A stretch of DNA of 64,000 bases from Elusimicrobiota bacterium (GTDB lineage Bacteria; CG03; SLGR01; JAGXOG01), in assembly GCA_051745145.1 (NCBI GenBank), contig JBNJDT010000001.1:1-64000 (forward strand), written 5' to 3'. Shown piece after piece: positions 55,838 through 64,000 of this stretch. The notes beneath the pieces are model-generated. The model saw only the letters and a list, made by a program, of their open reading frames with translations, searched no databases and had not been told where the DNA came from. The translations under genes were made by a program, and so were the position numbers. Within the stretch, counting starts at the first letter, position 1; each line of letters opens with the position of its first letter.

Positions 55838-57538
55838 TTATCTATCAGTATATAGATATCTTTTTATTTTGCGGGTAGTTGTTTTCTGAAATTCTTCCTG
55901 CTGAATTTTAAAATATTTCACTTTCTTAAAAGCCGGTAAGTTTTCAGTATATTTTTTTATTTCTTGATTTATTATATTATAAATGGACTCTTTACTCTCT
56001 TCAACTTTCTTCTCGCTAAAATACTTATCTAAATTTTCATGATCCGGATAAATAAGAGCAGCTACTTTCTCATTTTTATTATCCATTTCCTTACCATACA
56101 CCATTGCTTCACTTATATAATCGCTGTGTTGTAACTTTGCTTCAATTTCTTCGGGGTATACATTTTTACCCGCCGCAGTAACAATAACGTTTTTAGACCG
56201 GCCCTTAATGTACAGACAATTATTATCATCGATATAACCTATATCGCCAGTTTTGAGCCAGCCGTTATCCATAACTTTTCGAGTAGCTCTATCATTTTTA
56301 AAATAACCGCTCATTACGTTATCCCCCTTTGCTTCAATCTCCCCGTAACCTTTTTCGTTTTTATTTTTTATTCTAAGTTTAACTCCGTCAATTGGTTTGC
56401 CTACCGATTCTAAGCCGGCAGGAACTCTGTAATTTACGGTTAAAACCGGTGCCGTTTCTGTTAAACCATACCCCTGTACAAACTCTATCCCCAGCATATC
56501 AAAAAAATCGCCGGTTGAGGGTACCAGCGGAGCTCCGCCGGAAACCATTAACCTGAGTGTACTGAGACCCGCTTTCTGCCTAACATTTTTAAATACCGCA
56601 GAACCGGCATTAATATTAACTTTATTTAAAACTTTATTAACCCCTTTAAAAGTTGTGAAAATTACCCGTTTTAAAATAGAAGAATTTTTTACTTTTCTGT
56701 TTATTGCATTTTTAAAAGAATCAAAAAGAGCCGGGACCCCAAGCATTACAGTAACTTTTTGGTCTTTCATATACCGGACAATTTTAGTGGCCCGAAGAGT
56801 ATTAGAAAAAACTACTTTACTTCCCACCGCTAACGGGATTAACATGGTACCTGCGGCCGGGAATGCATGGAATAACGGCAAAATAGCTACAAATACATCG
56901 TCTTTTTTAAATTTTATTATAGAAGGTATAGCATCTATCTGATGAAGTAAATTACCGTGAGTAAGAGAAACGCCTTTCGGAGACCCGGTTGTACCGGAAG
57001 TATATAAGATCGCCGCCAGATCATTCTTATCTCTTTTTTCTAAACCCGGATAATTGTCTATACCTTTTATATTAGTTTCGTTTTTAAGAATATTTTTTAA
57101 GCTCTTCTCCCCGTTATAGGGCCGGGATGTATCAGTTACTATAGCTTCTTTTATATTTAAACCCGATCTTATCTCCAGGTTTAAGCCATCATAAATTTTT
57201 GAATCCGTAAATAGAATATCGGCCTTGCTATGCCTCAGAAAATGGATATTATCACTGGCATGTAATTTAGTATCCAGCGGCACTACGGGAATACCTAAAA
57301 AATGGGCGGTAAAATATACTACTGTCCAGTAATGAGAATTTTCAGCTAACAGGGCTATCTTAGAATTATCATCTATTATACCGGCTTTTAATAAATAGCC
57401 GGAAAGCTTTAATACATCCTCCCTGAAATCCCCGTAAGTATATTTTTTATACCCATCATCGACCGGTTCTACATGGGCAATGCCGTCATTATAGAATTCT
57501 GTCCTATCAAGAAAAAATTGAGCTAAATTTTTATACAT
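55838..57538 (-). CDS. Long-chain acyl-CoA synthetase (AMP-binding)
   Basis: YTSGTTGSPKG, LPLFH, SGGAPL, QGYGLTET, TGDIG, GR.KNVI...GKNVYPEEIE. Confidence 0.9.
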   Translation of the reverse strand: MYKNLAQFFLDRTEFYNDGIAHVEPVDDGYKKYTYGDFREDVLKLSGYLLKAGIIDDNSKIALLAENSHYWTVVYFTAHFLGIPVVPLDTKLHASDNIHFLRHSKADILFTDSKIYDGLNLEIRSGLNIKEAIVTDTSRPYNGEKSLKNILKNETNIKGIDNYPGLEKRDKNDLAAILYTSGTTGSPKGVSLTHGNLLHQIDAIPSIIKFKKDDVFVAILPLFHAFPAAGTMLIPLAVGSKVVFSNTLRATKIVRYMKDQKVTVMLGVPALFDSFKNAINRKVKNSSILKRVIFTTFKGVNKVLNKVNINAGSAVFKNVRQKAGLSTLRLMVSGGAPLVPSTGDFFDMLGIEFVQGYGLTETAPVLTVNYRVPAGLESVGKPIDGVKLRIKNKNEKGYGEIEAKGDNVMSGYFKNDRATRKVMDNGWLKTGDIGYIDDNNCLYIKGRSKNVIVTAAGKNVYPEEIEAKLQHSDYISEAMVYGKEMDNKNEKVAALIYPDHENLDKYFSEKKVEESKESIYNIINQEIKKYTENLPAFKKVKYFKIQQEEFQKTTTRKIKRYLYTDR

Positions 57539-58879
57539 TTACAGTAATTCCGCCGCCAGACCGGCCAGATTACTCCTCTCGCTTTTAGATAAGGTAACAT
57601 GCGCAAAAATATCCTGTCCTTTAAATCTTTCCGCCAGATATGTCAACCCGTTAGAAGCAGAATCCAGATAGGGGTTATCTATCTGGTAGGGATCCCCGGT
57701 AACAACCACTTTAGTATTTTTGCCGGCTCTGGAAACTATAGTCTTTATTTCCAGTGGAGTCAAATTCTGTGCTTCGTCAATTATCATAAACTGCTGGGGG
57801 ATACTTCGCCCTCTTAAATACGTCAACGCCTCAATCTCTATTTTTCCGGTATCAAAAAGGTTATCCACTACATCCGAAGGTTTTAAATTTACATTGTTTT
57901 TCTTACTCTTACCGAAAGTTTTACCACTTTCTTCAACTAAAAATTCCAAGTTATCGTAAAAAGCTCCCATCCAGTTGGCAAGTTTTTCTTCTTTTGAACC
58001 GGGTAGATAACCGATATCTTTTCCCATGGGAACAACTGGTCTGGATATCATAACCCGCCGGTATTTTTTTTCATCAAAAGTTAAATGCAGACCGCAGGCA
58101 AGAGCTATTAAGGTTTTTCCCGTGCCGGCCACCCCCAGCAAAGTTACCAGTTCAATATCGTCATTTAACATTGCTTCAAAAGCAAACTGCTGTTCTACGT
58201 TTAAAGCTTTCAGACCCCACGGTCGACTCTGTGCGTGAGTAAGCTTTACTATAAGATCCTCCCGGGGCGAATACCGTCCCAGACCTGTCTTTTTATTATC
58301 AGACTGTGATCTTAATTTTATAAATTCCTGTGGCGAAAGCTGTTTCTCTATATCCGCGGGAATGGGCATCTTCTTCTGGCTGAGAAATTCATCCACAAGG
58401 TTATCTTTTACTTCTAATTCTCGCCACCCGGAATATAATTCTTCAAACCGGACCTTAGCTTTTTCAAAGTCCTGAACTTCTAAACCCAGCACCTCTGCTT
58501 TTACCCGCATATTAATATCTTTAGATATAAATATTACATTTTTACCGCTCTCTTTTAGGCCCAGGGCCACGGCAAGTATCTCATTATCAGCCTTTTTTAC
58601 CAGGGAAGTGGGAATATCGGCTTTTTTATCTGCTTCAATTCTTATGATTCCCCCTTTATCGGTCTTTACGCCTTCAAAAAGTTTGCCCTTATTTCTTAAA
58701 TTATCCAATCTCCTGGTTATCAGGCGGGCATTCCGGCCCCGTTCATCCGATAATTTTTTTAATTTGTCAAGCTCCTCTATTACTGTAAGAGGTAAAACAA
58801 CTTCATTATCTTCAAAGTTATAAAGACTTCCCGGGTCATGGATTAAGACATTGGTATCCAGTACAAATGATTTATTCAT
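57539..58879 (-). CDS. PIN-PhoH (PhoH2/YlaK-type) protein
   Basis: PIN: VLDTNVL, EELD, ADN.IL, SKD.N.R.KA. PhoH: GVAGTGKT, GYLPG, RGRS, DEAQN, GDP.QID. Confidence 0.92.
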   Translation of the reverse strand: MNKSFVLDTNVLIHDPGSLYNFEDNEVVLPLTVIEELDKLKKLSDERGRNARLITRRLDNLRNKGKLFEGVKTDKGGIIRIEADKKADIPTSLVKKADNEILAVALGLKESGKNVIFISKDINMRVKAEVLGLEVQDFEKAKVRFEELYSGWRELEVKDNLVDEFLSQKKMPIPADIEKQLSPQEFIKLRSQSDNKKTGLGRYSPREDLIVKLTHAQSRPWGLKALNVEQQFAFEAMLNDDIELVTLLGVAGTGKTLIALACGLHLTFDEKKYRRVMISRPVVPMGKDIGYLPGSKEEKLANWMGAFYDNLEFLVEESGKTFGKSKKNNVNLKPSDVVDNLFDTGKIEIEALTYLRGRSIPQQFMIIDEAQNLTPLEIKTIVSRAGKNTKVVVTGDPYQIDNPYLDSASNGLTYLAERFKGQDIFAHVTLSKSERSNLAGLAAELL

Positions 58880-59814
58880 AAGATATCACCTAACTCCTCT
58901 TTATCCAATTCATAAAATTTACACCATTTACAAAACCGCTTTTGATCGGTCAGAGGGAATTTCTCCTTGGCACAGGGGATATTTTTATCGGGATCTTTTA
59001 AATACTTTTTCATATCCTCTATACTCCGGGAAACTTTCTCTTTTGCCTCTTCCAGAGATTTTTCGGTTATCTTTACTTCTCTTGTACTGCCGTTTAAAAG
59101 ATATTCCACTCTTCCCTTCATAAGATCGGCCGAAATACCGAATTTATTTTTAATATAAAGGGCGTATAAATTAAGTTGATCGTCGTGTTTATCGTATTCT
59201 TTACCGGTTTTCCAATCCACTACATACCAATCTCCCGCCTCATCGGTATAAACTAAATCCGGAATGGCGTATACCGGTGTACCCTTAAAGTTGAATGTAT
59301 CCATATTTTCCACCATCTCCAAACTGCAAGACTGCTTTACCAAGTCATTAATAGACGGTGATTCATAAAGATTATCCACTGCCTTATATAGTCTGTTTTT
59401 TATCTTTTTTATTAAATTATCCGACAGTCCATTGCCATAGTAAAACTCCTGCAGCATAAAATATTGATTGGGACTGGCCTTCCACTTATGCGGTTCCCGG
59501 GACTCTTTCCAGGCCTGATTAAGCAGATACCTTACCTTGTCTATTAACTTTTTTTTGTCCGGATATTCTCCGGTACTATCTACAATTTTACAAGCATATT
59601 CAGCTACTTCATGAACGGCACTTCCCAGTATAAGATATATTCCGGTAAGTTTCTTAAGCCGGTAGGCCAGTTTACACTCTTCGGGGGCACTGTCCTCCCA
59701 CCCGTTGTGAGCTAAATAATAATTGTAATAGTATTTTCTTTTACATTCCTGAAAAGTATTATTCCTTGAAGACGACCAGCTCCACGGAGGATATTTTGTT
59801 CTTTGATATGTCAT
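58876..59814 (-). CDS. Stand-alone PD-(D/E)XK (RecB/Cas4-like) nuclease
   Basis: WSSSR..TF.EC.RKYY..Y, GSAVH, IPDL, VDWKTG, QL.LY, CKWC. Confidence 0.8.
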   Translation of the reverse strand: MTYQRTKYPPWSWSSSRNNTFQECKRKYYYNYYLAHNGWEDSAPEECKLAYRLKKLTGIYLILGSAVHEVAEYACKIVDSTGEYPDKKKLIDKVRYLLNQAWKESREPHKWKASPNQYFMLQEFYYGNGLSDNLIKKIKNRLYKAVDNLYESPSINDLVKQSCSLEMVENMDTFNFKGTPVYAIPDLVYTDEAGDWYVVDWKTGKEYDKHDDQLNLYALYIKNKFGISADLMKGRVEYLLNGSTREVKITEKSLEEAKEKVSRSIEDMKKYLKDPDKNIPCAKEKFPLTDQKRFCKWCKFYELDKEELGDIL

Positions 59815-59939
59815 TTATTACCTTCCCGTATTATATATTTATTTACACTTAACATTTAATTCCTAATTATAGCAATTATTTTAAAAAATCTCAATTTTGC
59901 TCTAAATATATAAACTGATTTTTAAAATATAATATAATT

Positions 59940-60698
59940 TTATCCGGATATTTCAAAAAATTTTCTGGCATTATTGAAAGTAAGTTTTTTTATCTGCTGC
60001 GGAGTTTTACCTCTAATTTCACTTAAACAGCGGGCCGTATATTTTACATAGCCGGGCTGGTTACGCTTTCCTCTTAACGGAGAGGGCGAAAGATACGGTG
60101 AATCAGTTTCCAACAACAGTTTATCCACAGGAATTCTTTTTACCGCAGCCCTTAGAGAATCAGTATTTGAGAAAGTTACTACTCCTCCGAGTGCTATATA
60201 ATACCCTCTTTTAAGTAATTCATCTAATTCCCCGGACGTCCCTGTAAAACAATGAATGAGTATCTTTTGGTCTTTAAAGTTATCTAAAATATTTAACGTA
60301 TCTTTAAACGCCTTTCGGGAATGAATTATCACAGGCAAGTTTTTGTCCCGGGCGAGATCAAGCTGTTTTTCAAAGACTTTTCTTTGTATTTGGGTGGAGG
60401 AATTTTTGTAATAAAAATCAAGGCCTATCTCTCCAACGGCAACAATTTTTCTCTTATTAAAAATTTCATTCAACGTATCACTGTGTTTACTGAAATTTTT
60501 TACAGAATGGGGATGTATCCCGGCGGCCCCCCAGATATTCTTTTCTTCCAACAACCTGTTAAAGGTCTGTATATCCTCTCCGGGTTCAAATATACATATA
60601 ATACCCCCTAAATTTTTAATAATTTCAAACCGGTCTTTTTTAAACCTCTCATCCACCAAGTGCGCGTGAGTATCGAAATATCCGGTATCCGTATTCAT
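59940..60698 (-). CDS. tatD: TatD-family nuclease
   Basis: DTHAH, GIHPH, GEIGLD, IIHSR, HCF, ETDSPYL.P, N.P. Confidence 0.93.
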   Translation of the reverse strand: MNTDTGYFDTHAHLVDERFKKDRFEIIKNLGGIICIFEPGEDIQTFNRLLEEKNIWGAAGIHPHSVKNFSKHSDTLNEIFNKRKIVAVGEIGLDFYYKNSSTQIQRKVFEKQLDLARDKNLPVIIHSRKAFKDTLNILDNFKDQKILIHCFTGTSGELDELLKRGYYIALGGVVTFSNTDSLRAAVKRIPVDKLLLETDSPYLSPSPLRGKRNQPGYVKYTARCLSEIRGKTPQQIKKLTFNNARKFFEISG

Positions 60699-60699
60699 T

Positions 60700-61392
60700 T
60701 TAACCGTCTTCTATAAGTATGTCGTGAAGTTTTTTAAAATCGACAAATTTACTGCTCTTTTTATCCATAATTCTCATATTATCGCAGTTCATAGTATCTA
60801 TGACAGCTACCCGGTTGTCTCTTTCCCCAAACTCCACTTTTATATCTACAAGTTCTAAACCGTATTTTTCCAGATCCTCATTTATTATCCGGGCCACTTT
60901 TTTAGTAAGGGCTTTAGTTTTTTTTAAATTTTGCGGTGAAATTATATCCAGTTCCAACAGAGTTTCATCATTTATAAGGGGGTCATGTTTTTTATCGTCT
61001 TTTATAGTTATTTCCACCAGATAATTCAGCTTTTTAAATTTTTCGATATAATTTTCATAACGCCTTAAAAAACTTCCAAATGCCCTAAGTCTACATATAA
61101 ACTCCAATCCCTGACCAAAAATTTTAGATTTTTCAACTAAAATCGCCGTTTTTTCTTCTATAGTTTCAAGATAGTGATTCTCAATTCCTCTATCGGAAAG
61201 AAGTTGAAAAAAATATTCGGTGAGTTTCATACAGTAGTATTTTTTACCTTCTATATTCCCTACGACCTGATCTCCCCCGGAATCAGGTTGACCGTTATTT
61301 CCCAGCACGGTATCCCGGAACTTCATAAGCAGCCGGTTATTTGAATGGGGAATTACTACTTTTGTCTTGCCCTTATAGAGTTTTTGGTCCAT
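60700..61392 (-). CDS. purC: SAICAR synthetase-like protein (divergent PurC)
   Basis: LYKGKTK, GLEFICR..A.GSF.RRY, VE.T.KDD...DPLI, VDIKVEFG, D...DNMR. Confidence 0.7.
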   Translation of the reverse strand: MDQKLYKGKTKVVIPHSNNRLLMKFRDTVLGNNGQPDSGGDQVVGNIEGKKYYCMKLTEYFFQLLSDRGIENHYLETIEEKTAILVEKSKIFGQGLEFICRLRAFGSFLRRYENYIEKFKKLNYLVEITIKDDKKHDPLINDETLLELDIISPQNLKKTKALTKKVARIINEDLEKYGLELVDIKVEFGERDNRVAVIDTMNCDNMRIMDKKSSKFVDFKKLHDILIEDG

Positions 61393-63266
61393 TAACTTTT
61401 CAACTCAAAGGGAGAGATATAAGACCCGTATTTTTCTTCTGCTTCACGGAGGCGGGTCTTCTGCTTATTAAGAGCATCAAACAATTTTTGGGGAGTATCT
61501 TTAATATCCTCATATATTTTTACTATTCTCTCTATTTTATCCAGGAGTTCGGGCACTCTTACGGTAAACTGCTCTTCATAATCCTTTTTACTGTAAGATT
61601 TATTCAGAACCTCCCGGAAAAGCTCTTTTAAATCAGCATAGACAGGGATATATCCTGTAGGCGTCTTAATAGCCTCTACTTCGTCATTAACTCTAAGTTC
61701 CATCCATTTTAGCCAGACTTTTTTGTCTTCTATGGCATTTAAAAACTCCCCTTTATCATTTCTGAGAAAATAGTTTGCTGAAAAAATACTGGGAACAGAA
61801 TCAATATTCTGGGGAACATTACAATTTTGCTCGAGGTATTCATTAATCGGCACCGACATAAAATCTAAATTTGACATAAGATTAAACTTTCTTACGCCCT
61901 CTTCTCCTAAAGTTGCCGCTGTAGTCTCCGATTCAAGAGTTGCCCCTTTGGTAAGAATGCCGTGCTCCCAGTTATAGGCTTCCTCTACGGGTACGCAGGT
62001 ATCCGAATCTCTTCCCCCGTATATAACCCCGCCTACCGGCACCCCGTCCGGATCGTCGGCCCGTTCATCCTGATTATCCAGTTCACTTATACTTATAGTA
62101 AACCGGGCATTTTTATGGGATGGGGTTACCGGCCTGCCGTTTTCATCCTTTTTATCTTTATGCCACTCTCCGGAATAATTTATGCCGGACTCCGGTTTTT
62201 CCCGCTGATCGCCCAACCAGTAGGGTTTACCGTCTTTAATTAATACATTGGAAAAGATCACTTCCCCTTCGGAATTTATAGCATCCCAGATAACCGGCTG
62301 GCCCTCTTTGTTAACATCTCTTATTATGCCGAAAATACCTTTCTCAACATTTACAGCTCTCAATTTTCCGGCGATAGGACGCAAATAAGCTATATCATCC
62401 CCCACTATAGTTTCTCCATTTATCATGGCCGTGGAAGTTTTCCCGCAGGCCGAAGGATAAGCTCCCGTAAAATATGTTATCCTCTCTTTGGGACCGTGTA
62501 CCCCCATTACAAACATATGTTCGGTAAGCCAATCTTCAGATACGGCTTTATTAATTGCCAGTCTCATGGCCAGTTTCTTTAACCCTACCGTATTACCGGC
62601 ATACTGGGTATTTGTAGTATAAACTGTATTTTCCCCAAGATCTATATAGACTCTGCGTTTGTCAATCTCTTTAGAAACTCCGTTTTCAAGTATTCCGGCA
62701 GTATGTACAAATTTAAAGAAATCCTCCCCCTCGCCGGTCTTTAAAAACTGGTCATACCCCGTTCTGTAAAGAATTCCTTCAGAATGCATAACGTAACTGG
62801 AATCAGTTATCTGAAGAGCGGGAAGAGAAAACTCCGAATTTCTGGGCCCAAGGCAGAAAAAACCCACATACATTTCTTTCCCTTCCATAGAATCTTTTAA
62901 ATATTGGTGTACTTCCTTTAAACCTTCTTCTCTTTGGGTACTATTTATATTACTGCCTATTTCAGTCCGGGGTGTTACAAGATATTTAGTATTTTCCTTA
63001 TCCCGGGCCTGGTCGTTTTTACCGTCAAAATGGACAGTATGACCATCGGTTTTCAACTCTTTTTCTTCACCGTTTTCTATGGCCTTAGTCCTAATGTAAT
63101 CAGCATCCTCCGGGGAATCTCCTCTCACAAATACAGAATCGGGATTACAGTGTTTTACATACTTTGCTATGAAATTCACAACTTTTTCGCCGGGAATATT
63201 TTTCAGCTTCGCAAAACTCTCTTCACTACATTTTTTTCTTAAAAGTTTTTCAATTTCTTTGTTCAT
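61392..63266 (-). CDS. pckG: GTP-dependent phosphoenolpyruvate carboxykinase
   Basis: YAGN.VGLKK, WL.EHM, PSACGKT, GDDIAY, HKNARF, GGRD. Confidence 0.93.
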   Translation of the reverse strand: MNKEIEKLLRKKCSEESFAKLKNIPGEKVVNFIAKYVKHCNPDSVFVRGDSPEDADYIRTKAIENGEEKELKTDGHTVHFDGKNDQARDKENTKYLVTPRTEIGSNINSTQREEGLKEVHQYLKDSMEGKEMYVGFFCLGPRNSEFSLPALQITDSSYVMHSEGILYRTGYDQFLKTGEGEDFFKFVHTAGILENGVSKEIDKRRVYIDLGENTVYTTNTQYAGNTVGLKKLAMRLAINKAVSEDWLTEHMFVMGVHGPKERITYFTGAYPSACGKTSTAMINGETIVGDDIAYLRPIAGKLRAVNVEKGIFGIIRDVNKEGQPVIWDAINSEGEVIFSNVLIKDGKPYWLGDQREKPESGINYSGEWHKDKKDENGRPVTPSHKNARFTISISELDNQDERADDPDGVPVGGVIYGGRDSDTCVPVEEAYNWEHGILTKGATLESETTAATLGEEGVRKFNLMSNLDFMSVPINEYLEQNCNVPQNIDSVPSIFSANYFLRNDKGEFLNAIEDKKVWLKWMELRVNDEVEAIKTPTGYIPVYADLKELFREVLNKSYSKKDYEEQFTVRVPELLDKIERIVKIYEDIKDTPQKLFDALNKQKTRLREAEEKYGSYISPFELKS

Positions 63267-63351
63267 AATATTCTCCTATTTTTTTTACTGCTTTTAATTA
63301 ATTATACTCTGATATTTTAGGGGGTTTATTATCTAAATTTAAGACCATTTG

Positions 63352-63999
63352 TCAAATAAGAAAGATTAAATATATAATATATCCGGCTAAAAGTATGGCT
63401 CCGCCCCAGCGTTCTATCTTTTCCCCCAAAAAGGCCGCCGGAAATAAAAGTAAAGTAAATATCAAAACAGCAGGGGCCTGAAAAAGATATTCTCCTTTTA
63501 CAATATTTACAGGTGAAATTATACTTGCCCCTCCGGCAATCAAAAATGTATTTATTATATTGGAGCCCACTATTGTACCCAGGCTTATTTCCGGTTTTTT
63601 CTTTATACTGCCTGAAAGAACAACGGCAACTTCCGGAAGAGAAGTCCCCACTGCCACGGCAGTTATTCCGATAATCGCCTCGGAAATTCCGAAATTCACA
63701 GCAATTTCAGTAGCTGTATCTACAATTATCTTAGCTCCGAAATACAGACCGGTCGCCCCGGCAATAAAAAATATTATCCCCCAGCTTAAAGATTTTTGGG
63801 ATACCCGGGCTTCTTTATCCAGCCGGGAATCCAATTTATGCCTGTATATTAGGAAAAAAACATATAAGACAAAAGCTATTATAAAAAATTTTCCTTCAAA
63901 TCCTGTAAAAACCAGATCCCGGGTTACTATAAATAAACCCAGAGCTGAAATTAATAATATCCAGTAATCGTATTTTTTTACATCTTTTTCCACAGGTAC
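63352..63999 (-). CDS. Calcium/sodium antiporter (YrbG/CaCA family), 5' end outside the window
   Basis: alpha-2 repeat VAVGTSLPE...G.IVGSNI.N; multiple TM segments; frame stays open to the window edge. Confidence 0.88.
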   Translation of the reverse strand, partial: VPVEKDVKKYDYWILLISALGLFIVTRDLVFTGFEGKFFIIAFVLYVFFLIYRHKLDSRLDKEARVSQKSLSWGIIFFIAGATGLYFGAKIIVDTATEIAVNFGISEAIIGITAVAVGTSLPEVAVVLSGSIKKKPEISLGTIVGSNIINTFLIAGGASIISPVNIVKGEYLFQAPAVLIFTLLLFPAAFLGEKIERWGGAILLAGYIIYLIFLI

Positions 64000-64000
64000 C

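Noticed and set aside
58876..59814. Cas4 of a CRISPR-Cas locus
   Set aside because: No repeat-spacer array or other cas genes are visible in the window.
1348..63967. The many short ORFs in the track that overlap called genes (e.g. 3570-3920, 9057-9512, 35016-35510, 40495-40863, 63560-63967)
   Set aside because: They are antisense or off-frame shadows of well-supported genes and have no recognisable motifs.

Overview
AT-rich bacterial chromosome segment from a diderm (it has Skp/OmpH, Lgt, LspA and an MltD-like lipoprotein). The lineage is tentatively Elusimicrobiota-like, which is a weak inference. Almost all genes are on the minus strand. Contents in order: an M16 peptidase (partial); the fmt-def-priA-udg-coaB-coaC-rpoZ?-gmk block; rluD-lgt-lspA-ileS-mtnA-yggT?-proC-pgeF-pilT; a complete dcw cluster (mraZ to ftsZ) with a sigma70 promoter and MraZ boxes; rnpB, rnhA, a zinc-ribbon gene and two tRNAs; an AddAB/AdnAB-like helicase-nuclease pair; mscS, dcd, skp, yihY; and fadD, phoH, tatD, purC-like, pckG and a Ca/Na antiporter (partial). 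I found no CRISPR array, rRNA or mobile element. The most notable items are: (1) a tight plus-strand operon of lysine 2,3-aminomutase, a PurD-like ATP-grasp ligase with altered substrate motifs and an EctA-like acetyltransferase, which may make an undescribed beta-lysine-derived compatible solute; (2) a roughly 240-nt RNase P RNA that appears to lack P8, P9, P13, P14, P18 and P19; (3) two genes that appear to start at ATT codons overlapping the upstream stop; (4) strong over-representation of CCGG. All calls are by-eye motif recognition with no database searches.
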